From the NCBI GenBank assembly GCA_010093815.1, contig ML996585.1: a stretch of 41,121 nucleotides of DNA; one strand, given 5' to 3'. Position 1 is the first letter of the stretch. Every line of letters starts with the position of its first letter. A program made the position numbers and the translations under genes. Below the pieces are notes generated by a model, which ran no database searches, was not told the origin of the DNA, and worked only from the letters and a program-made list of their open reading frames with translations. The DNA comes from Pseudovirgaria hyperparasitica. Its lineage: Eukaryota. Positions 1 through 11,440 of the stretch are shown one piece after another.

Positions 1-113
1 ATAAGGAAGTTTTCCCCTCTTGGGTTTCTTCTTATATAGTAGCTTAGACTAGAGGAGGCATAGGCCTATAGAGTACTACTCTACCTAGTTATATAATATT
101 ATTATTATTATTA
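1..113 (+). mobile_element. 3' end and (ATT)n tail of a Tad1-like LINE inserted in the Gypsy integrase
   Basis: Matches the LINE 3' UTR at ~7110-7210 and, inverted, at 15901-16020 (...GAGTACTACTCTACCTAGTTATATAATATTATTATT). Confidence 0.9.
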
Positions 114-115
114 TA

Positions 116-553
116 ATAAGTTAACTAAAGAAGAACCTAGACTTAAAGTACGCGAAATATACCGTAGATAAAGTTCTATTACTAGTATCTATTAGACTAA
201 GGGGGCTCTCTAGTAATATCTACCTAGTATTCTATATAGATCTACTTAGACTAGCTAGCGAAGACCCTCTACCTAGATAGAAGACTAATAATAAATAACC
301 GGACTCTATACTTATTAAGATATATAAAGAGTAGTAAGTTAAAGAGATACTATATACTAGGAATAAAGGGCGAGGACATAGAAGAGAAGTTCTAGTAAAA
401 TAGACTAGATACCACGACCTAATATAGGAACCCTTAGTAAATCTAACGGATACCGCCGTATTAGATAAGTTTAAATAGAAGTTTAGACCTACTAAGATAA
501 ATAATAGTCTACTAGAGTAGTAGACTATGAAGAAAAAGAAGGTATCCGCCTAG
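116..553 (+). pseudogene. pol: Gypsy pol: integrase C-terminal region and chromodomain
   Basis: Raw translation NIYLVFYIDLLRLASEDPLPR* (de-RIP IHPVFHVDLLRPA.EDPLPGQ), E**VKEIL, EVLVK*TRY.DLI*EPL.NL (chromodomain VKW.GY..PTWEP). Confidence 0.9.
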
Positions 554-669
554 TAATCTACGGAATATATAAATAAAGAAGAGGAAGACTATATAGTCTT
601 AAGAGAGAATAGAAAAGAAATTTATTCTATAGAAAGAAAAGAATAAAAAAAAAGAGAGAGAACTAAATA

Positions 670-1434
670 CTAAAGGAAAAGGTCTAGAGACCGGTATATT
701 CTAATAGACCTATAGATTAGTCTAATAGGGCCCTAATACTAACACTAGAGGAATACCGCCTATACTATAATAGAAGATTAGTAAGAGAATTCGACCGGAG
801 TCTAGGATTAAACTTATATTTAACCCTACTAGACTACTTTATTAGTTACCTAGGTAGTTATCTAGAAGGTAATAGTACTAAAAGCGTAGTTAGTAATTAT
901 TTATCTAGAGAGTCTAAATAGTCTTATATAGGAAGTAGACTAGCTACTTATAAAGGCTATAAAGCCTTTACGGCTTTTAGAACCTAGGTAAGATTCTTAT
1001 AGATATCTAGTCTAAACTAACCGTTAGCTAGGCGTTAAAATATAGAACTAGAAGAGAAAAGAACTTACGCCCTAGTATTAGCCGACTAAGTCTATACTAT
1101 ATAAGTAATATAAGTAATCTCTAGCCTAAAACACTCGGTTAGTAGTTATTATAATAAGGGTTTCTAAGTTAGCTTATAGATTCTAGTAATTTACTCTTCT
1201 TAGGGTATAACAAGCGTAGAAGCGACTTTAGTTTAACTAAGTAAATTAGTAGAGCCCGACGTAAATAATACGGAGTCTAATACGTACTACTTAGTTAGTA
1301 TAGTCTTTACTAGCTAGGGTATAGCCCTAGTAGTAGATAATATTATTTATCTATAGAACCTAAGCGTTAGTAACTAGACTCCGACTAGATAAGAAGAGAG
1401 AATCTAATCTTATAACGGAGAAGGACGAGGTTAT
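670..1434 (-). pseudogene. Spliced antisense gene with a Zn(II)2Cys6-like cluster inside the Gypsy 3' region
   Basis: Three phase-0 introns with CTAAC/CTAAT branch sites: 1413-1351 (donor RIPed), 1287-1237 (GTACGT) and 1068-1012 (GTAAGT). The spliced frame has TAC/TAT codons at C-x2-C-x6-C-x10-C-x2-C-x6-C spacing. Start and end are approximate. Confidence 0.65.
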
Positions 1435-2362
1435 TAAGGTCTAGAAAAATAGAAGAGAAACTATACCTTTATACTTAGGACTCTTAAAATTATAAATAGA
1501 TCTTCGTGAATAAGATATTATAAATAGAATATCTATAATATATAAATATCTATTTATATATAACTCTAAAAATATATAAATAACCCTTATTCACGTACTC
1601 TTAATAGACGAGTAAATAGTCACGGCGTACGTAATAATAGGTACCCTATTAACTAAGAAGTACCTAGTAAGGGATAGATTAATATAAAAATAGTCCTTAA
1701 TTGAATAACTAAACTCTTTCTTCTATATACTTAATAATAGATCTAAGGCCTAAGAAGATATAGGGCTAAGGCCTAAGAAGGTATAGGGCTAAATTAAAGT
1801 AGATACACGGACGGTAAGTCTAATAGGATTTCACTAGACTTACTACGCGAATATATATATTAAGTCTAAGTAGTCTAGCTTATAGAGAGTACTATACACG
1901 GTAGTAATAGAGGCTACTACTATTCTATAATAATAATTATAACTACTAGAGTAATAATAGGCACCACCACGTTAGAAAGCTATTCTTAGATAGACGGCTA
2001 TCTACCCGGTACTAGGGGGGTATAGGTATAAAAGGAGCTACTAACGTAGGAATTAAACTATCTTCTATAAATAACCTATAATAGATTTAATAGATAGATT
2101 CTTTTAATAGAAGATATACGCGCCACGGCCTAATAGTAGATATTAAGTCTAGTCGCTAAGGCCTATATTAGGGGGCATTATATACGATAATAAGTATTAC
2201 TATAAGCTAATAGTAATTACTACTATAACGACTAGATATAGGAGAGTAGCTTTATTAAGGGTGTTCTAGAAAGCTAGTAGAAATAAGCTAGATAACGCTT
2301 ACTTATAAGCGGTCCGCGGCTAGGGTAGACTCTAGTAATAAATAAGTAGAGAGAGGGGGTAA

Positions 2363-2577
2363 TATTAAGGGTAGACCCTAGGTATACTTAACGCTAGTAT
2401 ACTACGCCTATACTACTACTCTCTCCTTACTTAACGAAGCTAAGCGAGTCTCTTTTTAATAGTATACTCTATCCCTTATCTTAAGGAAGCTAAGTAGACT
2501 CCGGCTTCCTCTCTTATTAAACTTACTATATTCTATAAATACTCTTACGTCTATGTATACGTCGTATTCCCGTGATA
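2363..2577 (+). repeat. Gypsy 3' LTR (~215 bp)
   Basis: Directly follows the PPT. Termini TATTAAGGG...CCCGTGATA correspond to RIPed TGTCAAGGG...CCCGTGACA imperfect inverted ends. Confidence 0.7.
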
Positions 2578-5500
2578 CTATCTATAGTAATTATATATAA
2601 TATATACTACTACTATAGCTATAATAGATACTCTTAGAAAGCCACCTACGGGTAGTACTAATAGAACTACTATATCTAGAAATACCTATATAAAGGATAG
2701 AGAGACTATATATATAATAAAGATACTACTAAGTACTCTAACTATAATAGAAACTATCTATTATAGTTAGTAATATATATAAAATATAGATAAGTTACTA
2801 AGTATATTAATACTATAAAGGTAAGAGAGATAAGGTAGATATACTAGGCTATAAGACCTCTACTATCTACTCTAACCTTATCTATAACTATACTAACTAA
2901 TCTATAAGGAGGCGGGACTAATATATAATAGTATACTATATAGAGGAAGATAGGGCAACCCTAGGGTATTCTTAAGATAGCTACTATATAGAGATAGTTA
3001 TACCTTAATACTACTAGTATATAGACTTAAGTATTCTCTAGTATCTAATAAGAAGCTAAGATATACTTATTATTATATAGGTAAATATATAATATAAATA
3101 AGAAAACTAGGCTATACTTCTAGAAGAGATAGATACTATAATAATAGCTATCTAGAAGCTATATAAATACTACTAAACTAATAAACTAATAATATACCTA
3201 GAATACTATACTATCTACTCTCTAGGCCTAGATAGAAGAGTTCTATTCTATATATATAAATTAATCCTACTCTTAGAATAGTTCTATATAGACTAAGATA
3301 ACCTCTAGATAATACTATATCTCTAGATAAATATAGAGCCTCTCTATATCTATAATATCTATAACTAGAGAGAATTACTTATACTAGACGCTATACTAGA
3401 GAGTATTATAATACTAGAATAATATATTCTTCTAGATAACTTTAACCTCTATTATAGATAGTAAAGAGATCTAATAGTTATTAGAGAGGAGCTTAGGGTA
3501 AGAGAACTATATATAAGATACTAAGACCTTCTATACCTTCTTATACTAGTTAGATAGATTATATAGAGGAAATATAAATAAGATAAGAAGGGATCTATAC
3601 TTAATCTTACCCTTACTATAGAATATATAAGCTATAGAATATAATACTACCGCCTTAGTAAGATATAGATAGACTCTAACTATAAATATATAGAGACTAT
3701 AATAGATATATCTATATCTAATAAATAATAGAGAAGATAGCTATAGAAAGATACTAACTAGAAGAAGTATAGAAAGGACCTAGAATTAGTAATTCTAGAC
3801 CTCTCTATAGTTAATATATCTAATAGTCTAGCTATAGATAGAGCTATATAAGTTCTTCTTTAAGTCTTCTAAGACTTAAAAGATAAATATATACTATACT
3901 AAATATATAAGCCTCTAGATATAAGAGATATATCTTAAATATATAAAAGTAGATAGGAAGCCTAGAGACTATATATATATATATATATACTATATCTAGA
4001 TAGCTAAGGTATAGAAGAAATAGAAAGAGATAAACTAATCTTATAATAGGGCCCTCTATAATAAATAGTATAAATACTAGTATATAATTACTAATAAATA
4101 TATATAATAGACTATAGAGCTATAGTATATAGTAAAGTAGACTAAGAGTATAAACGTACCGATACTACTACTACTAATATCTCCCCTAATATACTAGGGG
4201 AGAATATATACTATAAGCCCTAAAAAGATAGAGATTCTCTAAGAAGTTATATTTCCCCCCCTAGAGCTAGTAGACCTATTAGATATAAATAATACTATAT
4301 ATCTAAATATAGTTAATATCTCTATAGAGATTACGGAAGAGAATATACTTAAAGCTATTAAAGTACTTCTAAATAATTAAGTATCTAGACTAGATAGAAT
4401 ACTAAATAGATACTTTAAATATACTATATAGGTAACCTTACTACTTATTAGTCTTATCTTCTAGATATATACTAAGAATAGGTACTATCTCTAAAGCTTC
4501 TAGACTATCTATACTATTATACTTCTAAAGCTAGAGAAGAACTCTAACTCTCTAAAAGAATAGAGACTAATTACCCTTCTCTTCTATCTTAGTAAGATAC
4601 TTAAGACTATAATTATAAAGAAGATAAGTACTATAGTATAAGAATATAACCTTCTTCTAGTAAACTAGAAGGTAAAGACTAGAAGCTCTCTAATTATTAC
4701 TATCTAATATATTCTTAAAGTTATTTAGACTATATAGAAGTAGAGATATATAGTAATATTACTCTTTCTTAATATAGCTAGCGTATTTAATAAGGTAAAC
4801 TATATAAGACTTATCTATAATCTATAGAAGAGATATATACCCGAATAGATTATAAAGTTTATATAGTTCTTCCTTACTAAAAGAATTATCTAGATATATA
4901 TCTCTAGATATTAAAGTAAATATAAGAAGATAATATATAGTATTCTATAGAGAAGTACTATCTCTCTAATTCTCTTTCTCTTCTTTACTATAGATCTTCT
5001 ATAGAGAATATAATATATAGAGGTAGTAGAATATACTAATAATATATACCTTCTAGCTATTAATAATAATACTAGTTTAATATATAAATACCTTAAATAA
5101 GACTATAAAAGATATATCTAGTAGATAAAGCGCTATAGAGTAAAGTTCGTCCCTAAGAAATATTAACTTATATACTTTATTAACTACTATAGAAGATAGA
5201 CTACTAAGGAAGAAGAGTAATATTCTAGAATAGAAGCTTTTACTAAACCGTTAATATAGAGTATATATATACTTAGTATTATAATTAATAATAAACTTAA
5301 ATAGAGTCTATAGATTATATACGCTATAGCTACGGCCCTTGAGATAGAAACTATTATATACTAGATTACGGCCTCTACGTAGGGAACTACCTAGAATAAG
5401 GTATACTAGCTATATATCTCTATAGTATAACCCGCCTTTATATATAGATATAAGTACTAGTATATAGCCCTTGAATAGACTAGGTAAATAAAGCTTAAGT

Positions 5501-6015
5501 CTATATAGAACTATATACTCTATCTTATATCTAGTATATATAAAGCTACTAATATAGTACTACTATAATACGAAATAAACGTAAGAAGTATATAAGACTT
5601 CTACTAGATATAGAGGGTAATATACTTTACTAAATAATAAGTATAAGAATATAGGGGATATATAGAATATACTTTTACTATACTATATATATAAGTTAGT
5701 ATCTACTATTAAGTACTACTATATATAGACTAAACCTAGATATAGTATAGATACCTAATAGAGATAGACTTAAATTAGATTATATAGAAGATAAAGAATA
5801 ATCTAGACGTCTCTCTAGACTAGTAGAACCCTTAGAAGCTTATATAGACTATATAGTTATAGATCTAGAATAAATAGAAGAAAGTTCTCTAGACCTATTA
5901 GATATTCTAATAGAATAGATATCTAGAATAGATTTAAGAACTATAGAAAGAACTAAGTAGATAGATATATAAAGGGCTTATAAAAGTCTAAGTATCTATT
6001 CTTCTCTAAGCCTAA

Positions 6016-6616
6016 TGTAAGGAGGCAGGCTCTACGCACTAACTAACTATACTAAAAGGACCGAATCTTGAAGCTACTACTTCAAGGGTGGAGCACACTA
6101 CTTATATACGACTACTATATACATGTATAATTAACTAGCAGGCCACGTGCTCCTCACGTGCCTAACATTATCCCCCTTTTTAAAGGCGCGTGTCCTCACA
6201 CGTCGTGGGTATACTACCTTACGAAAAATAAACTAAACTAGCCGTAACGGGCCTAGTATAAACCATATGCATATATAACCAATACTCGCAATGCCGCCTC
6301 TAGCACTAGACACGCTAACTTACTATAGTAACGTTACTACCATATCATCCGTCACGTGTATAAAGCACACGTGACGTGGTAAGCTGAACGAAATCGTACG
6401 AAATTTAATAACGGTTAACTAGACCGAGAGTTGAACCCGTGACCCCGTAGTAGCTTTAAGATTATATAAGGAGGCGGGCTCTACGCACTAACCAACTACA
6501 CTAAAAGGACCGAATCTTAAAGCTACTGCTTTAAGGGTGGAGTATACTACTTATATATAACTACTACACACATGTATAATCAACTGGCAGGCCACGTGCT
6601 CCTCACGTGCCTGACA
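6016..6616 (-). mobile_element. TRIM (non-autonomous miniature LTR retrotransposon), 601 bp
   Basis: 152-bp LTRs at 6016-6167 and 6465-6616 (TG...CA; the start of the 6465 copy is RIPed to TA); 5-bp TSD CCTAA at 6011-6015 and 6617-6621; minus-strand PPT AAAAAGGGGGATAA at 6168-6181; 297-bp non-coding interior. The empty site is visible in LINE copy E (~38480-38510). Confidence 0.95.
6413..6511 (-). promoter_or_regulatory. tRNA-like element with Pol III A-box and B-box spanning the TRIM 5' LTR/leader junction
   Basis: Minus strand: A-box-like TAGTGTAGTTGG at 6503-6492, stem CGTAG (6485-6481) / CTACG (6450-6446), then GGGTC, then B-box GTTCAACTC at 6436-6428 within a CGGG/CTCG stem. Confidence 0.6.
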
Positions 6617-7204
6617 CCTAAATAGAAGCTATAGAACTTCTATACTATCTATATTAGAGAAGTATTCTAGACACGTCTCTATAGTATAAAGTATATAGCT
6701 AGAGAGATATAATATAGTACTATCTTATAATATATCCGGACCTCTATATATAGAGATAATTACTTATCTATATAATAAGGACCTCTAATATTATATAGTA
6801 GCTTAATAAGTACCCTAAGAAGATTACCTAGTAGATACTTATATATCTCTCTCTTCCTTAATACTAATAGACCCGGATATATATACTAGATAAGACTAGA
6901 TATATACTAGATAGACCCCGGTATACGCCGGAAGAACCCTAGGAGAACCCTAATTAATAGTTAAGGATAACCCTTAACTAATAACCTCTATATCTATATA
7001 TACTATCTAAGGGTAAAATAATAGTAATATAGACTATAGACTAATAGACGTACTCTATAGCTATATACTTAAGATAAAATAGAGGTTTAGTAAGATATAG
7101 TTATAGATATAAGAAAGTTTTTCTCTATAGAGTTTCTTCTTATATAGTAGCTTAGACTAGAGAAGGTATAGACCTATAGAGTACTACTCTACCTAGTTAT
7201 ATAA

Positions 7205-7299
<95 letters not shown>

Positions 7300-7344
7300 N
7301 NNNNNNNNNNNNNNNNNNNNNNNNNNNNNNNNNNNNNNNNNNNN
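7300..7344. other. Assembly gap (45 N)
   Basis: Run of N between the LINE A tail and the middle of LINE B. Confidence 0.99.
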
Positions 7345-10300
7345 AAATATACTAGCTATATTAAGAGAGAGTAGTATTATTATATATCTCTACTTCTATA
7401 TAGTCTAAATAACTTTAAGAATATATTAGATAGTAGTAATTAGAGAGCTTCTAGTCTTTACCTTCTAGTTTATTAGAAGAAGATTATATTTCTATACTAT
7501 AGTACTTATCTTCTTTATAATTATAGTTTTAATTATTTACTAAGATAGAAGAGAAGAGTAATTAGTCTCTATCCTTTTAGAGAGCTAGAATTCTTCTCTA
7601 GTTTTAGAAGTAGAATAATATAGATAGTTTAGAAGCTTTAGAGATAGTATTTATTCTTAATATATATCTAGAAGATAAGACTAATAAGTAGTAGAGTTAT
7701 CTATATAATATATTTAAGGTATCTATTTAGTATTCTATCTAGTCTAGATACTTTATTATTTAGAAGTACTTTAATAGTATTAAATATATTCTTCTCTATA
7801 ATCTCTATAGAGATATTAACTATATTTAGATATATAGTATTATTTATATCTAATAGGTCTACTAGCTCTAGGGGGGGAAATATAACTTCTTAGAGAATCT
7901 CTATCTTTTTAGAGCTTATAGTATATATTCTCCCCTAGTATATTAGGGGAGATATTAGTAGTAGTAGTATCGGTACGTTTATACTCTTAGCCTACTTTAC
8001 TATATACTATAGCTCTATAGCTTATTATATATATTTATTAGTAATTATATACTAGTATTTATATTATTTATTATAGAGAGTCTTATTATAAACCTAGATT
8101 ACCTTCTTCTATTCTTTCTATATCTCTACTATCTAGATATAATATATATATATATATATAGTCTTCTAGCTTTCTATCTACTTTCTTATATTTAAGGTAT
8201 ATCTCTTATATCTAGAGACTTATATATTTAGTATAGTATACATTTATCTCTAGAGCCTTAGAGGGCTTAAAGAAGGACTTATATAGCTCTATCTATAGCT
8301 AGACTATTAGATATATTAATTATAGAGAGATCTAGAATTATTAATTCTAGATTCTCTATATATTTCTTCTAGTTAGTATCTTTCTAGAGCTATCTCCCCT
8401 ATTATTTATTAGGCGTAGATATATCTATTTTAGTCTTTATATACTTATAGTTAGAGTCTATCTATATCTTATTTAGGTAGTAGTATTATATTCTATAGCT
8501 TATATATTCTATAGTAAGGGTAAGGTTAAGTATAGATTCCTTCTTATTCTATTTATATTTCCTCTATATAATTTAATTAACTAGTATAAGAAGATATAAG
8601 AGGTTATAGTATCTTATATATAGTTCTCTTACTCTAAGTTCTTTTCTTATAACTATTAGACCTTTCTACTATCTATAGTAGAGATTAAAGATCTAGAAGA
8701 ATATATTATTCTAGTACTATAATACCTTCTAGTATAGTATCTAGTATAAGTAACTCTCTATAATTATAGATATTATAGATATAGAGAGACTCTATATTTA
8801 TCTAGAGGTATAATATTATCTAGAGATTATCTTATTCTATATAGAACTATTCTAAGAGTAGAATTAATTTATATATATAGAATAAGACTCTTCTATCTAG
8901 GCCTAGAGAGTAGATAGTATAGTATCTTAGGTATATTATTAGTTTATTAGTTTAGTAGTATTTATATAGCTTCTAGATAGCTATTATTATAATATCTATC
9001 TCTTTAAGAAGCGTAGTCTAGTTTTTCTATTTATATTATATATTTATCTATATAATAAGAAGTATATCTTAGCTTCTTATTAGATACTAGAAAATACTTA
9101 AGTCTATATACTAGTAGTATTAAGGCGTAACTATCTCTATATAGTAGCTACTTTAAGAATACCCTAGGGTTAGTCTATCTTTCTCTATATAGTATACTAT
9201 TATATATTATTTTCGCTCTCTTATAGATTAGTTAGTATATATATTTATAAATAAGATTAGAGTAGATAGTAGAGACCTTATAGTCTAGTATATCTATCTT
9301 ACTTCTCTTACCTTTATAGTATTAATATATTTAGTAACTTATTTATATTTTATATATATTACTAACTAGAATAGGTGTTTTCTATTATAGTTAGAGTACT
9401 TAGTAGTATCTTTATTATATATATAGTCCCTCTAGGTTTTATATAGGTATTTCTAGATACTATAGTTCTATTAGTATTATATATAGATAGTCTTCTAAGA
9501 GTATCTTTATATAGTATATCTATATCTCTAATAGTTAAAGTATTAGATTATTATCTATACTCTATTCTATAGCTTTACTATAAATAATTCTCTCTTAGCT
9601 AAGAAGTCTTTTTATATAATCTAATAGATAATAGTAGAATCTTAGAGCTCTACTATTATAGTAGAATCTTAGAGCTCTACTATTATAGTAGAATACTTTT
9701 TTAATTTTATCTTAATCTCTTATATATTTTTCTACTATACTTTTATAATCTTAATTCTAGAATACTTCTAGTTATTAGATTACTCTATTTATTTAATATT
9801 ATTAGTTATAATAATATATTTCTAGATAGAGACTATATATATCTATATTAAATATATATTAGTATAGATAGATATACTAGAGAAGATATTATTAATTATA
9901 TTTAGATTATAGAAGATAGTCTACTAGACTATATTAATAGTAGTAATTAGTATTATATCTTCTAGAGTAAGTTTAGCTATAATTATATTTAACTATATTT
10001 CTTTTTATTTATTAATCTTATTAATAATATTCTTTAGAGATATCTTTTAGATCTATATAAGAACTTTCTTATTCTAGATAATAATCTATATATTATATAT
10101 TTCTTCCTTAGATATTCTTAGTATTTAAGCTATTCTAGCTATACTATCTAATAGTACTATAACTTATATCTAAGTAGTTAGATATTTCTTTTAGATAAGA
10201 CCTTTCTAGATTCTTAGTAGACTAGTCTTAATCTAGTCTAATTTAGATTCTAGACTTAATTCTAGTATCTATTTTACTTCTATAGTAAGCTTCTTAATAT

Positions 10301-10839
10301 TCTAGACTAGACTCTAAAAGATACTAAGAAAAGTAGTCTCTTCTTTCTTAATCTCTCTTTCTATATATATTATTTAGTAGTTAATCTTATCTAGAAGAAT
10401 ATCTCTAACTAGAGTTCTCTCTTTATTCTTTATCTATAGTATTTTATACTTTTAATTATTTATTATCTTTTAGATAGAGGTTTAATTATTCTAGAATATT
10501 CTACTATATAGCTATTTCTACTATATTAGTATTAGGGATATACCTAGTAGAAGCTAGAATATATTAATATCTAAGGCCTCTATAGTTATTAGTTAAGGGC
10601 TACTCTTAACTAATAAAAAGAAAGTTAATATATTAGTATTTAGTAGTAGTAGTCTATACTTATATCTCTAAAGAGTTTTTAAGTATATATATTTAGTATC
10701 TCTATATATTAGTAATATTATATTTCATATACTATATATATATTAGAGGTTATTATACTTAGTATACTCTATTAATTAATATATATAAATTACTATATTA
10801 CCCTAGACTAATCTATTTAGTCTCTTAGAGTATAAGAAG
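7345..10839 (-). mobile_element. Tad1-like LINE copy B (5' UTR, ORF1, APE, start of RT; 3' part lost in the gap)
   Basis: Reverse-complement match to copy A and colinear with copy C up to the shared 5' end (...TATAAGAAG versus ...TGTGAGAAG at 21181). Very heavily RIPed. Confidence 0.9.
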
Positions 10840-11440
10840 AATTTAAGATAATTTTATTATATAGATATCTCTATATTATCTAACTATTACTTAGAACTAA
10901 GTAATTCTATAATAGTAACCTTTATATTATATACTTACTTAACTCTATATATCTTAGTAGAGTATATAAAAACTAGTATATAAGAAGGTAGCTATTATAG
11001 AATTTAAATCTATAATATTAGATAATAAATACTTCTAGTAATATAGTATACTACTACTATACTACCTAGCTAATAAGAAGAAGATAATAGTAGTAGAGAT
11101 AGTTTAAGCTATTAATTATATAGAAAAGCTTAAGAAATTAGAGACTTAATTATTATAGACTAGATAGATAGTCTCTAAAAAGGTATATAAGACTTATTTA
11201 TATAAATTCCCTCTATTTTAAGTATATAGTTATTAATATAGATGTTTAGAGTTCTACTTAAATTATATAGTTTATTAGTAGATTGGCTTATTAGTAGATA
11301 TATTAACTTAGTATAAGACTTAAATGAATTATAATTTGCATAGCATTTTAGAGAAACCGGGCCACCCAACTTAATTAGCCTCGTAGCCTAATTAAACTAC
11401 CAAGTGCTCGACTTTAACTACTTAAGCCTTCTCTAACGTT

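Larger units (their letters stand above)
114..2577 (+). mobile_element. 3' portion of a chromoviral Ty3/Gypsy LTR retrotransposon (RIP-inactivated)
   Basis: Integrase C-terminus plus chromodomain at ~116-553; PPT AGAGAGAGGGGGTAA at 2348-2362; 3' LTR at 2363-2577. The sequence after 2577 resumes LINE ORF1. Confidence 0.8.
2578..7299 (+). mobile_element. Tad1-like LINE copy A (ORF1 zinc knuckles, ORF2 APE-RT, 3' UTR, long (ATT)n tail), interrupted by the TRIM
   Basis: Colinear with copy C. APE motif IIAI*KLY (~3140), RT VEYTNNIYL (de-RIP VGYADDIYL, ~5026-5052), tail from ~7204 running into the gap. Confidence 0.92.

Noticed and set aside
6016..6025. TGTAAGGAGG shared between the TRIM LTR and the 230-bp LTR terminus
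   Set aside because: It is the U5 end of one and the U3 end of the other, and the priming modes differ; probably coincidence.
10840..11340. Possible coding remnant upstream of the APH gene
   Set aside because: No interpretable frame or motif after de-RIP reading.
11175..11369. Supplied 64-aa ORF
   Set aside because: I/Y/N-rich composition typical of RIPed DNA, with no motif.
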